Source of the DNA: an uncultured Verrucomicrobiae bacterium
Lineage (GTDB): Bacteria > Verrucomicrobiota > Verrucomicrobiia > Limisphaerales > JAFGQR01
Assembly: GCA_963788655.1 (NCBI GenBank)
Contig: CAWBHS010000087.1
Coordinates: 96,001 to 160,000, forward strand
Length of the DNA: 64,000 bases
Direction: 5' to 3'
Shown: positions 53,680-64,000 of the stretch, piece after piece
Layout: every line of letters starts with the position of its first letter
How positions within the stretch are numbered: the stretch's first letter is position 1
The notes under the pieces: model-generated
Told to the model about the DNA's origin: nothing
What the model saw: the letters and a program-made list of their open reading frames with translations, nothing else
Database searches by the model: none
Program-made: the position numbers and the translations under genes

Positions 53680-56600
53680 CTACCGGCTCGTTCGCAACCG
53701 ATAAAACCGCGTCGCCGAGCCGGGGGTATCGGGGTATTGGATCAATCGCTGGAAGGTTGCGAAGGGGATGTTCGTCAACACCTGCCACGGGGCCCCAGCA
53801 GCAAGCCCGTCGCGATACTCGAGAGCGTAGGCTTTGTTGGCTTGCGCAGTGAATTGCAGCGTCACCTCGCCCCCCCCAAAGTTCAGGGTCAACTGATACA
53901 AACTTTGCGGATCCTGCGGATCTGTGCCGGCCCAATATTCTTCGAGGTTGGTCGCCCCGTCCGAGTCCGCATCCAACGCTGCGTCGGCAGGATTATCCTT
54001 GCTCAAGCCATTGGCCATTTCCCATTCATCAGGCATCCCGTCGCCGTCCGTGTCACCTGGGGCAGGCTGCGGGCCAGGCGTCGGCGTGGCGGCTTGCCAA
54101 TTGACGGGGTCATTGCCGAAATCGGATACCGTCAGCCGTTGCAGTGAAAGGCCGAGGCCATCGGCTTCGGCAGGCCATGGCGACACGTCGGTGTAATGCA
54201 CCCGTTCCACCAGGACGTACGGCACCAAACCGACCTCCGGGCTGGTGGCACCTTCGGGGGTATCCGGCTTGTAAAGTTCCACGCGGTCGGTGCGGTTGTC
54301 CAATTTGCCTTCATACGGTCCGATGACGGATACTTCGGCGGACAATCCGTAGGCGGTGCGGAAGGCAGCCAGCGCTGCGGGATCCGCCACTGGATCAAAG
54401 CTGACCACCAACAAGTAATCGCTCGCGGGGATGCTGGTGTTCGTTGGGAAATTGAATTTCACCGCCGCACGCAACCGCCAGGTGTTTGTGGGATAGGCCG
54501 GATCGTAAAGGAGCGCGTCATCGCTGGTGATGTTTTGCAGTTCGATGAATTCATCGCGCACATTGTCATTGGTGCCGCCCACGTCCGGGGGGTGGTACAT
54601 AATTTCGCTGATCACCACCGGACCGACTTGCGGATCGGCATTCGGCAAGCCAGTGCCCGCGCGGAAGTCTGCCAGAGTCTCGGGATCGTCCTGACCGAAC
54701 GTCCTTTGGCTCATGGCGACCATTTGCACGTCGATGCTCGTCTCGTAGCGTCCGAAGGAGACGCCGCGTTCCGCGGGACCGAAATCAACTGCGCTCCGGT
54801 AACCATTGAATTGGCCGTTGCCGTCCACGGCGGACAGATACACCTCGTCGCCATTGGCCGAACTGAAGGCGAAACTGTCCGCGTCGCCCGGGCGCGGATT
54901 GAACTGATACTCGTAGAAGACTTTGAATCCGTGGGCCGGAATGATGGTGTTGTCGGGAATGCGATACTTGTTCAAGTACGTGCGGGCATCGCTCAGATAC
55001 CAGCCGCCGATGTCCACGGAGGAATCCGAAAGGTTGCGCAATTCCACTGCGTCTTCGAAGGGCAGGTCGCTGTGAGTGAGCACTTCGTTGATCACCACGT
55101 TTTCGAGTGGCAAGTAATTGCTCTCGCCCGGAGTAGGGGTGCTGGGGAAGGCCACCATGTTGGCGGCGCCATCGGGCAGGCGTCCCTGAGAAATGCCCTC
55201 GGCCTGCAAGCCAAAGGTGATGGCGTCGATCAAATTTCCCGTGGCACCGGCCAAGCCGATGGACTCGCCGTTCGCCGACAGCTTGAACGTGACGTGGTCC
55301 GCGCCGGCGGCCGGATTGTTGTCGGCGGCGAACTGCTGGAAGCCCAGCAAGCCTGCCGCCATGAAGGACCGCGGCGGGATTTGGTATTTGAGCCGGTTGT
55401 TCAAATCGTCGGTCAAGTGCAAGCCGCTCAGTTCCACCGGCTGGGGATTAGGATTGAACAGTTCAAACCAGTCGTCGCCCGAGATCGGGTCCGCCAGCCA
55501 TTCATTGATCGTAAGCTGGCTCACGTCACCCAGCGTGGCGGCCAGGTTGGTTGCCCCAGGGGTGGGAAGGGTCAACACCCAATTGGAGCTCGCGTTGGGC
55601 ACGCGGCCCAGGGTGAGGTCGGGTGCTTGGAGACCAAAGGTCACTCCATCCAATAGGGAGGCGCCGGCTGAGAGTTTGTCGAGCAGGTAGATCGCGTCAC
55701 CGGAAGCCTTCAGGCCAAACCCTGTATTGTTGGCCGAGGCGGGCAGACTGCTATCGAGCGTCACTTGGTAATAACCGTGCGCCGGGATCACCGAGCCCGC
55801 CGGGAACACCCAACGCTGCGGTTGGGTGAGTTGATCGGTCAAGCTCATGGCAGCGAGATCCACGTCGCTGTTGGAAGGATTGTACAGTTCGATCCAATCG
55901 GTCACGGTTCCGTCGTTGTTGGTCAGGCTGCGGTTGTTGGCCATAACCTCGTTGATGACCACGCCAGCCAGCGCGGGATTGTTGGTCAGGACCACGGCAT
56001 CCAGGCGTATCCCGAACACGACGTCGCTGCTCGTGGGACTGGTCTGATGAACTTCCACGGCCAGCACGTTGTCGCCGGCAACCACATTCGTGATGGCCAG
56101 ATCCAGCGGCCCGCCGTAGGTCGCATTGTTGACACTGGCCGGCGAGAGGGTGTCGTAAGTCACCAATCCTTCCGGCAGGTTCAAGCGGCCCGCCTCGGCG
56201 CCGTTGATGTAAAACACGGCTGAGTCATCGATGACGTGCATTGCTTGCAGACCGGACAGGTTCAAGCCGGCGGGCACATTGAAGTGGGTGCGAAAGTAAA
56301 AAGTGATTTTGCCGTTTTCAACCGTCAGTGGTGTGCGAATTGGTTCGGGCAGGCAGTTGCAACCTTCCTCAGCCAGGAGCGCCGGGCCGGCGTCCCAACT
56401 GGAATCATTGAACGTGGTCTCTTTCCAACTGGTGCCCAGGTCAGTGCCGGATTGGTCGTATTTCCAGAGGAACGTGTCGTCGAGCGGGATCAGATTCACC
56501 AGCGTGGGCGGCACGGTTTCGGGCGCCACCGGATTGCCGGATTCCGGCGTCGGTTGGGACAGGAAGACAATTCGCGCGGCGCCGTTGGGAGAACGGCCTT

Positions 56601-59600
56601 CGGAAATGTCCGGTTGCTGCAAACCATACGTTATATGGTCTATCTCGCTGCCGTCCACCGCCAGCAGCGCAAGCTCCCCACCTTCTTGGGAAAGCTGGAA
56701 ATCGACGTGGTTGGCGCCCGCGCTCGGACTGCCGTCGGCAATGAACGCGCGATAACCATAACCCGCGATGAAACTCAGCGGTGCGATGCGATGTTTGAAC
56801 GGCACGCCGATGGGATTATCCGTCAGATACAAGCCCCCGAGCGCCACGGGCAGCGGATCGGGATTATACAATTCCACGAAGTCGTCCAGGAAGACCGGCC
56901 CGTTGTTCGCCAGCCATTCGTTGATCTTCAGCGTTGCGGACGAACCGAGGGTCAGCGCAATGTTGCCTGCGCCGAAGGTTGGAGTCAAAGGCCCCATTGC
57001 CCATTGCTCAGCCGGCCGATGGACTGGTCGGCCAGTTGCACGCCGAAGGTGACTTGATCCAACACGCGGCTGGCGTTGGCGGACTTGTCCAGCAGGTAAA
57101 GCGTTTCGCCGAGTTGGTTCAACGCAAAGCCCAAATGAATGCCCGCGGTGCCGTCCGGATTGTTCGCAAACAACATCAAATATTGCCCGGCGGCCACACT
57201 GGCCCCCGCGGGGAACACAAACTTGTTCGGATCAGCCAGGTCGTCGGTCAATCGCAGGCCCTCTAAATTCATCGGCGTGCTGCTGGCATTGAACAATTCG
57301 ACAAGGTCGGGGAATGTGCCCTGGTATTCGAAAGCGGTGTCATTGCGAGCCAGGACTTCGTTGATCACCACTCCCTTCAAGTTCGAGAGCACCGCCCACG
57401 TTTGCGAAACGGTGGCGTCCGCTTCTGCCTGCCACGTGCCACTGGAATTTCGGCCAATGACATAGACCGTGTAGGTCCCATCCGCCAATCCCGACAAGGC
57501 GATGGGTGTGCTCACCATGGTCTCCGAACCCCAGGCGCCGTTGTTCAAGCGATACTTGTAATGCGTGATGTCCTGCCCGCCGACGGTCAAAACCGCGCTG
57601 TTTTGGAAGGTCGGGGAAACGGGTTCGCCAACAATCGTAGCCCGGACGGAGTTTGGTTCCGCGGGCAATTGCGAGAGCACGTAAGCATTACGCTGCACCA
57701 CGAAGTTTTTCATGTTCGCGATGTTGTTGGCCGGCACCCAATCTCCGAGCAGTTGATCGAACAAAGGGAGCAGGTTGTTGGTAGAAAATGTGGTCGTCAA
57801 TTGATGTCGCAATTCGGCGTAGTACATCGCCTCGAATTCCGGATTATGCAGGAACCGGTCCACGATGGGGAGCCGGGTCGCCACAAAAATGTCTTCGCTG
57901 GCGTTGCCGCCGGTGTCGCCTTCATCGAAAACCGTGTCAAAGTCATGCGCCACGACCATGAACCGTGGATCAACCAAGCCGCGGTACAGCCCGAAGTCAT
58001 CACCGTAGCCGGAACCCAGCGACGTTTCGGAATAATCCATCAGCGAGAGCACGGCGAAGTAACGCAGCCACAGTTCCACATTCGCGTTATGTTTGACGGC
58101 GGCCACGTATTCGCTGTCGGGCGTCGTGGAGGGATTCAGCGCCAGGATGAGCGCCATAAAGTCCGACCAATCGTTCTCGCTGGCGTTCGCCGTCTTGTAA
58201 TAGCCACGGCTGATGTAACTGGCGGGGTCTGTTCCCTGGTAAGTTAAGTCCGCCTGGTGCGAACCACTGGAGGCGCGATACACATTGCCCGCGCTGTCCT
58301 GCGGGAAATGGTTTTCGGCCCATTCGCCGTTGAGCGGTTCGACATGCACGTACGAGCCGAACGTCGGCGAACCGCTGGGAGCGGGATTGGCGGCATTCAC
58401 ACGCAATTGAATGGGCCGGACGATTTCGGTCGGCAATCCGGCTTGAAGCGCCACCGCGCTGCCGATCATTTGGGCGTGGGTGTACTGCGAGTTCAAGTTC
58501 GCGGACGTGACGCCATTCCACGGACGATCGCTGGGAATGTTCAACCGATACGATGGTTGCGCGCGTCCACGGCTGCCGGCGCCACGGTAACGCAGACCGC
58601 AGTTGTAACGGATCTTTACACTGTCGCCCTGCCGGCTCACCAACGTGGCATTCATTTGCGCATCGCTGTTGCGCGAACCGTCCGCGAGACGCACGCGCTC
58701 TTCCTCGGTCATGATGATGCGGTAAACGGGCTGCGCGCCGGCGTAGTCTTCGTCGTCCACCTGGAATATGGCATTGGCCCGCTGCTCGAAACCACCGCCC
58801 GTCACCTGTGCCGCGGCCGGCCAAGTGCGGCGGTTGCTGTTGGCGTCGGTGGCCTGCACATAGAACTCTTCGACGGTTTCGTTGGCCAGCGGCCCGAGGA
58901 TCGCTCCATAAATCCCGTCGCCGGCGACGCCGTCATTGTGCGCGCCGTCGTCAAACATGGTGGATTCACCAAACGGCGGCGCGGATTCGCTGCTCGCATC
59001 GCGCGACCACAATTTGACGGTGATCCCATTCGTCTGTTCGTCCACCACGCGGGCCGTGATGGTGATGGTGTCCGTCGAACGCGGTATGGCGGGGAAATGC
59101 GCCACGTCGAGAACCAAGGGAGCCACGTTGCTCGCGGCTAAAGAATTCGCCTGGCCGGGACTGCCATTGTTGTCAGCACTGGCGCCCCAGTTCTGCCCGT
59201 GGTTATTGGGCAGGGCCGGATTGCGCAGCTCGAGCGACTTGCCCAGTCCATCGTGTTCGGCATACCATTCCCAGCCGCGCGTGTCCGTTGGCCAGGGCCG
59301 GCGCAGGGCAAAATCCCCTTCATCGGCGTAGGCTACCAAATCCACGCGGTCACCGGAGGCATCTTCCAATTCGATTTCTTCACCGCTATTGCTCAAACGG
59401 CCGTCCCAATTACCCACCACGTTGGCCACGCCTGGATAACGCGCGTTGAAGGCCGTTACATCGGCCGCCACCACCAGGAACCCACCCGCGGCCAAAGACA
59501 CGTTCGGGAAAGTGAAATCCACGCCACGGTTCAATCGCCAGCCGGTTAAATTAACCGCGCTTGAACCGGTGTTCAGCAATTCGACAAATTCCTCGTCCGT

Positions 59601-61256
59601 GCGCTCCGAAGCGGGGTGGTACATGATTTCATTGATGACCACCCGGTCCTCGAACACAGCGGTGTCATTCAGCGTGTAACTCCAGGAACCACCCACGAAC
59701 GCTCGCGGCGTGAGGGCTTGATCGGTGATTCCATGGCCGCCGGCCCAGGTGACGTTGATGGCGGTGGTGTTGGTGGGCTGAACCAGACTGAACTCATACG
59801 GCCCGGCGCCAGTGCCGGACACACTGACGGCCGGTGTGTTGTTAATCAGCAAGTCTGCCGCGTCCACTCCCACTACCGGTTCGCTGAAAGTGATTTTGAT
59901 TTTCAGCAAAGCTCGAAGCGTGGCGTTCGGCATGGGGCTGACTTGGGTGGCCGTCGGGGCAACCGTGTCGGTCAGCGTGTATTGCCAGTTCGCGGCGCTT
60001 CCGTATTGATCGAAGGCGCGAGGTGGATTTTCGTAATCGGTAATACCGTGCGCACCGTTCCAGGCGACCAACACCGTGCCTTCGCGCGGGGACGGAAACG
60101 TAAATGTGTAAATCGCGCCGGACCCACTGACTGCTGGCGCCGGGAGTCCATTGATGAGCAGGTCGGCGGCATCGACGTTTTGCACCGGTTCGCTAAAGGT
60201 CACCGTGAGATTGGTCAGTTCGTGGACCGTGCCGGCGGGCGGATTGACGCTGGCAATAGTGGGCGGCGTTGAAATGTTGACCGTCACATGCACCACCGCG
60301 GAGGTCGCGCGCGCGCCGAGATTATCTGTGGCCACAGCAGTCAGGGCGTAGTTGCCAATCGACACGTTGTTCCAATCGTAGGTAAACGGCGACGAATTGT
60401 CTTCACCCAGCTTGGCGGTACCGGCGTAAAATTCGACGAGATTGATACTGCCATCGGGATCGGAGGCGGCGGCGCTGATTGGAAAACTTGCCGGAGTCGT
60501 GTAAAAGGCATTGTCGGCCGGACTGCCGATGCTGACCGACGGCGGATCGTTGATGACCGGATCGGTGCTGGCGAGCAGTTCCAGGTCGAAGCTGATGTCG
60601 GAGCTGGTGGCATCCGCTTGGTGGATTTCCACCGCAATGACGTTGTCACCGCTGACCAGCAGGTTGGGATTGACGGTGGATTCGAGGATCGCCGATTCAT
60701 CGCTGCCCCCAATGGCGGTCAAGGCATAAGTATCATGCGCGATTGCACCCGAAGGCAGGTTATCGCGGAAGACCTCGGTGCCATTTAAATACACCACGAT
60801 CCCGTCATCGCGAATTACGCTTAGTCGCAAGACAGTGTACGTGGATGGATTGGAAACGTTGAATGTGTGGCGGAAGTATGTGGTGACGTATTTGTCCCGT
60901 CTGTTGGGCCCATAGCTGACTTCGGTGGCTTCATCGCCGTCACCGTAGCCGAGTTGGGCGGGACCGCTGGCCCAGGAATTGTCATTGAAGCTGGAGGCAC
61001 TCCAGCCGGTTTCCTGATCGGAGCCATCGTCCAAGTATTTCCAATCCGAACCCATGCTGATCAGCGTATCGGTCACCGCCTGTGCGGAAGCGGCAGCCAG
61101 GAGCGCGGCGCTTAGAATTAGCCCCATCACCCCCAATTTCGGCACGTTATGGTGCGGTCTAACGGGGCCCGTAGTGCGAGCCTGTTGGACGTTGTTCACG
61201 TTTTTGCAAACTTCTTGTAACCGTGTAGTCAACATTTTGTAATATTTTTGAACCAA
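53680..61256 (-). CDS. Giant secreted protein (about 2,500 aa) with seven lamin-tail domains, a CotH kinase domain and Ig-like domains; frameshift near 56995; start may be 61128
   Basis: WKYLDDGSDQ domain, seven INE/ISE(I/V/W)(M/L) lamin-tail starts, GLRYRGAGSR and VAHDFD (CotH), DTDGDGMPDEWE, ends RFYRLRTSR. Confidence 0.88.
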
Positions 61257-61569
61257 CCGGTGATGGCCTCAATATACACCAATACTGAAGGACAGTAGGT
61301 GAGCTTGACCCAAAATAGCTGCGTAATTCTTGAAGATCAAAGGGAGATTGCCGTTTTTCTCAGTCTGGCTCCGAAAAAGTACGTAGTTTGCTCGCACGCT
61401 GGGGAAGGATTTGAGCCTCGCAGAGGACAGGCGATTCCGGATTTCGGGATGCCCGATACTCAAGAACTGACGCGCGGCCGAACCGTGGAAGCCGGGGTGT
61501 TGTGTCGGTGCGCGCGGATGAAGGTATCCGCGCTCCCATGCGCCACGGCAGGCCAGATGGCTGGTTCGC

Positions 61570-63015
61570 CTACACTTTTTCCAGCGACCAGCCGTTGTGA
61601 TACGGCTGTTGCAACAACCCGTTGGCGTCCGCATCGTTGGTGAACTGCGCCTTGGTGGCGTCCCATTCGAGGCGTTTGCCTCTACGGATGGCAATGTTGC
61701 CAAGCAGGACCGCTTCCGTGAGCAAGGCGGCCCAATCGAAATGACAGCCCGCCTTGGGACCACCACGACAGGCCTCCATCCATTCGGCCCAAGTGCCGCC
61801 GCGGCGCTCCAAAGTGCGCGGCACATCCGCAAACTTTTTCGCCCGGTCCGCGGAAAGGATCTGCGCTCCGAGCATCTTGCCTTCATCGCCGATGTACATC
61901 GTGCCTTCGTCGCCCAACGGTTTGCCTCCCATTTCCTCCGGATACGGCGGCTGCAATCCGCCGTCATACCAGACAATGCGCAGCGGCGGCAGATCGCCAC
62001 GCGCAGGAAAGTCATACGTGACAATGCTGGCCAGCGGCGCGGTTTCGGGAAGGACTTTCGTGGACGTGGCGGAAACGCGAACGGGATGCGCCAGTTTCAA
62101 GGCGCGGTAGGGCGTGTTCAGCCAGTGGCAGCCCATGTCGCCCAACGCGCCGGTGCCGAAATCCCACCAGCCGCGGAAATTCCAGGGATGATACACCGCT
62201 TTGTACGGCGGGGGATTACCGCCGGGCAAATTAGCCTGCAACAGCGCGTAATCGCCATCGGCCCATGTGTTCTTGAAGGGACGCTCTGGAGCGGGGCCCA
62301 GCCAGAGCTTCCAGTCGAGCTGCGACGGGATCGGGTCGGCGCCGGGTGGACGCAACATGCCTTGCGGCCACAGCGGGCGGCTGGACCAAATGTGAACTTC
62401 ACGCACGGGACCGATGGCGCCGGCTTGGATCAATTCGCAGGTGCGGCAGGCGGTTTCGCTGGTATTGGGGGACGCGGTGACTTGCGTGGCCACGCCGGCT
62501 TTGCGGGCTTCCTCGACCACCACGCGAGTTTCATGCATGGTTCGCGTCAAGGGCTTCACGCAACAGACGTGTTTCTTCTTCCGCAGCGCGGCCACGGAGA
62601 TCAAGGCGTGCGTGTGATCGGGCGTGCCGCAATAAACGGCATCGATCTTGTCGCTCTCGCTGGTCAACATTTCGCGAAAGTCACGGTAACGCCGGGCTTG
62701 CGGCCAGCGATCATAGGCCTTCTTGGCGTAAGCATCATCCACGTCGCAAAGCGCGTTGATCTGAAAGCCCACCTTGTCGCACTCTTGCAATTGCCCGAAC
62801 CCTACGCCGCCAATACCCACCCCGCCCAGGCTCAGTTTGTCATTGGGGCCAGGTTGGCCGGGTGCGCCCAAGACGTGCCGCGGGACGATACTCACGGTGG
62901 CACTGACGGCCGCCGCCGTGCGCAAAAACCGGCGGCGCGTCCAAGGATTGCTGGTGGAAGAACCGTTGGCTGAACTGAGTTGGGGTGCCGAGGGGATATT
63001 TAGATGCGTTTTCAT
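61570..63015 (-). CDS. Gfo/Idh/MocA oxidoreductase with Tat signal
   Basis: TRRRFLR, GGVGIGGVG, TPDHTH, HVCCVKPL, WRGWWDFGTGALGDMGCH-like FRGWWDFGTGALGDMGCH. Confidence 0.92.
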   Translation of the reverse strand: MKTHLNIPSAPQLSSANGSSTSNPWTRRRFLRTAAAVSATVSIVPRHVLGAPGQPGPNDKLSLGGVGIGGVGFGQLQECDKVGFQINALCDVDDAYAKKAYDRWPQARRYRDFREMLTSESDKIDAVYCGTPDHTHALISVAALRKKKHVCCVKPLTRTMHETRVVVEEARKAGVATQVTASPNTSETACRTCELIQAGAIGPVREVHIWSSRPLWPQGMLRPPGADPIPSQLDWKLWLGPAPERPFKNTWADGDYALLQANLPGGNPPPYKAVYHPWNFRGWWDFGTGALGDMGCHWLNTPYRALKLAHPVRVSATSTKVLPETAPLASIVTYDFPARGDLPPLRIVWYDGGLQPPYPEEMGGKPLGDEGTMYIGDEGKMLGAQILSADRAKKFADVPRTLERRGGTWAEWMEACRGGPKAGCHFDWAALLTEAVLLGNIAIRRGKRLEWDATKAQFTNDADANGLLQQPYHNGWSLEKV

Positions 63016-63109
63016 GGTTCAAAGAATTTTCTTAGATCAAAATGCATTAGGATAGGAGCGCCGACACGAATATCAGCACTCCCCCGAATCGGTACTCGAT
63101 GGTTCTCAA

Positions 63110-63240
63110 AGCCTGTTTTAAAGCTCCAGCCAGCCCGTAGCAGCCGACGTGTAGAGGCTCAGCTTTTCTCGAAAAATCTGGCCGCGCGCGACATGAATTA
63201 GCCTCCTTACGGCGGCTGCTACCATTGTGCAAACAGGTTC
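63110..63240. repeat. Family C nested inverted-repeat element abutting a stop codon
   Basis: AGCCTGTTT...GTAGCAGCCGACGTGTAGAGGCT...AGCCTCCTTACGGCGGCTGCTAC...AAACAGGTT. Confidence 0.88.
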
Positions 63241-64000
63241 TCAGAGCGCCACGGTTTGCCCCGGCATGGCGATGGGATAATTCCCCTGGGCATCCGGCAT
63301 CACCGGGGCGTCATCGCTCCATTTCATGTCTTCCAGATTGGGAGCCAATTTCAGATCTGACGCCAGGGCTTCCTCCCAGGTAATGCGTCGGCCCGATTCG
63401 CAGGCCATGCGGCCCATGATCGCGGTGAGACACGATTTGGCGCAGCGTTCCGTCTCGTTGTAAGGCTTGTCGTTGCGGATCGCGTCAAAGAACAAGTCGT
63501 GTTCGTTTTGGTACGCGTCGCACGGCGGTCCCTGGTGTCTCCAAATAATGGCATCCGACGTCTGATTGTGGCCCTTGAAGATGCGAGGATTGGACTGGCC
63601 TTCGCCGAGCACCGCCGAGCCGGTGGCGCCCTGGATGACATCGCCAAAGAAATCCCAACACCGGCTGATGTGCCGGCCCTGGGCCATCATGCGCGTGCCG
63701 TCGGGGAAGGTGTATTCAGCGCCGTAGTGGTCAAAGAGTTGGTCCTTGTCCCGGCGCACTTGGCGGCCGCCCATGCCCTGGACGGAAACCGGGTAGGCAT
63801 CCTTGACCCAGCAACAGACGTCGATGTTGTGAATCAGCCAATCGACGATGAAGCTGCCGTTGAGCCAGGTGTAATTACTGTAATTGTGAATTTGATGGGC
63901 GAGTTCGCTTTCTCCCGGTTGCCGCGCGCTGAAGCCGACCGGCCCGTGCATGCGGTAGGCCCATTCGGTGATCACTTCGCCAATGAGCCCGTTGTGAATT
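63241..64000 (-). CDS. Gfo/Idh/MocA oxidoreductase, C-terminal part; 5' end outside window
   Basis: QIHNYSNYTWLNGSFIVDWLIHNIDV, GMGGRQVR, YQNEH, TAIMGRMACESG. Confidence 0.88.
   Translation of the reverse strand, partial: IHNGLIGEVITEWAYRMHGPVGFSARQPGESELAHQIHNYSNYTWLNGSFIVDWLIHNIDVCCWVKDAYPVSVQGMGGRQVRRDKDQLFDHYGAEYTFPDGTRMMAQGRHISRCWDFFGDVIQGATGSAVLGEGQSNPRIFKGHNQTSDAIIWRHQGPPCDAYQNEHDLFFDAIRNDKPYNETERCAKSCLTAIMGRMACESGRRITWEEALASDLKLAPNLEDMKWSDDAPVMPDAQGNYPIAMPGQTVAL

Overview
GC-rich (about 60% by eye) bacterial chromosomal window. The gene set (Tat-exported Gfo/Idh/MocA oxidoreductases, DUF4038 and sulfatase genes, lamin-tail/CotH and HYR-repeat giant exoproteins, dense GTAG-type palindromic repeats) suggests Verrucomicrobiota, probably Pedosphaerales-like; this is inference. 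At least ten genes, including housekeeping ones, carry single-base frameshifts, most simply explained as long-read consensus errors. Core content: PFOR C-terminus plus a DHOD-like flavoprotein, a radical SAM protein, a YdjY/prenyltransferase-repeat pair, glycogen phosphorylase, apaG, a glycan-degradation cluster, an EEP hydrolase, a DUF748 protein, a TRAP transporter, four oxidoreductases, a HEAT protein, a UvrD helicase, pncA and gcvT-gcvH. Most notable: (1) a co-oriented 20-kb block at 40.8-61.3 kb with two giant exoproteins, a FecR-TPR-beta-barrel outer-membrane receptor and a translationally coupled CHASE2 adenylate cyclase (NsrA/CyaK-like trans-envelope cAMP signalling); (2) an integrase-less attC cassette array (CALIN) between pncA and gcvT; (3) at least six families of REP/REPIN-like elements, some overlapping gene starts or stops, plus a possible REP-transposase relic; (4) a shared C-terminal 'FYR' domain on the exoproteins; (5) toxin-antitoxin modules in which the toxin has decayed. 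No rRNA, tRNA or CRISPR array was recognised.
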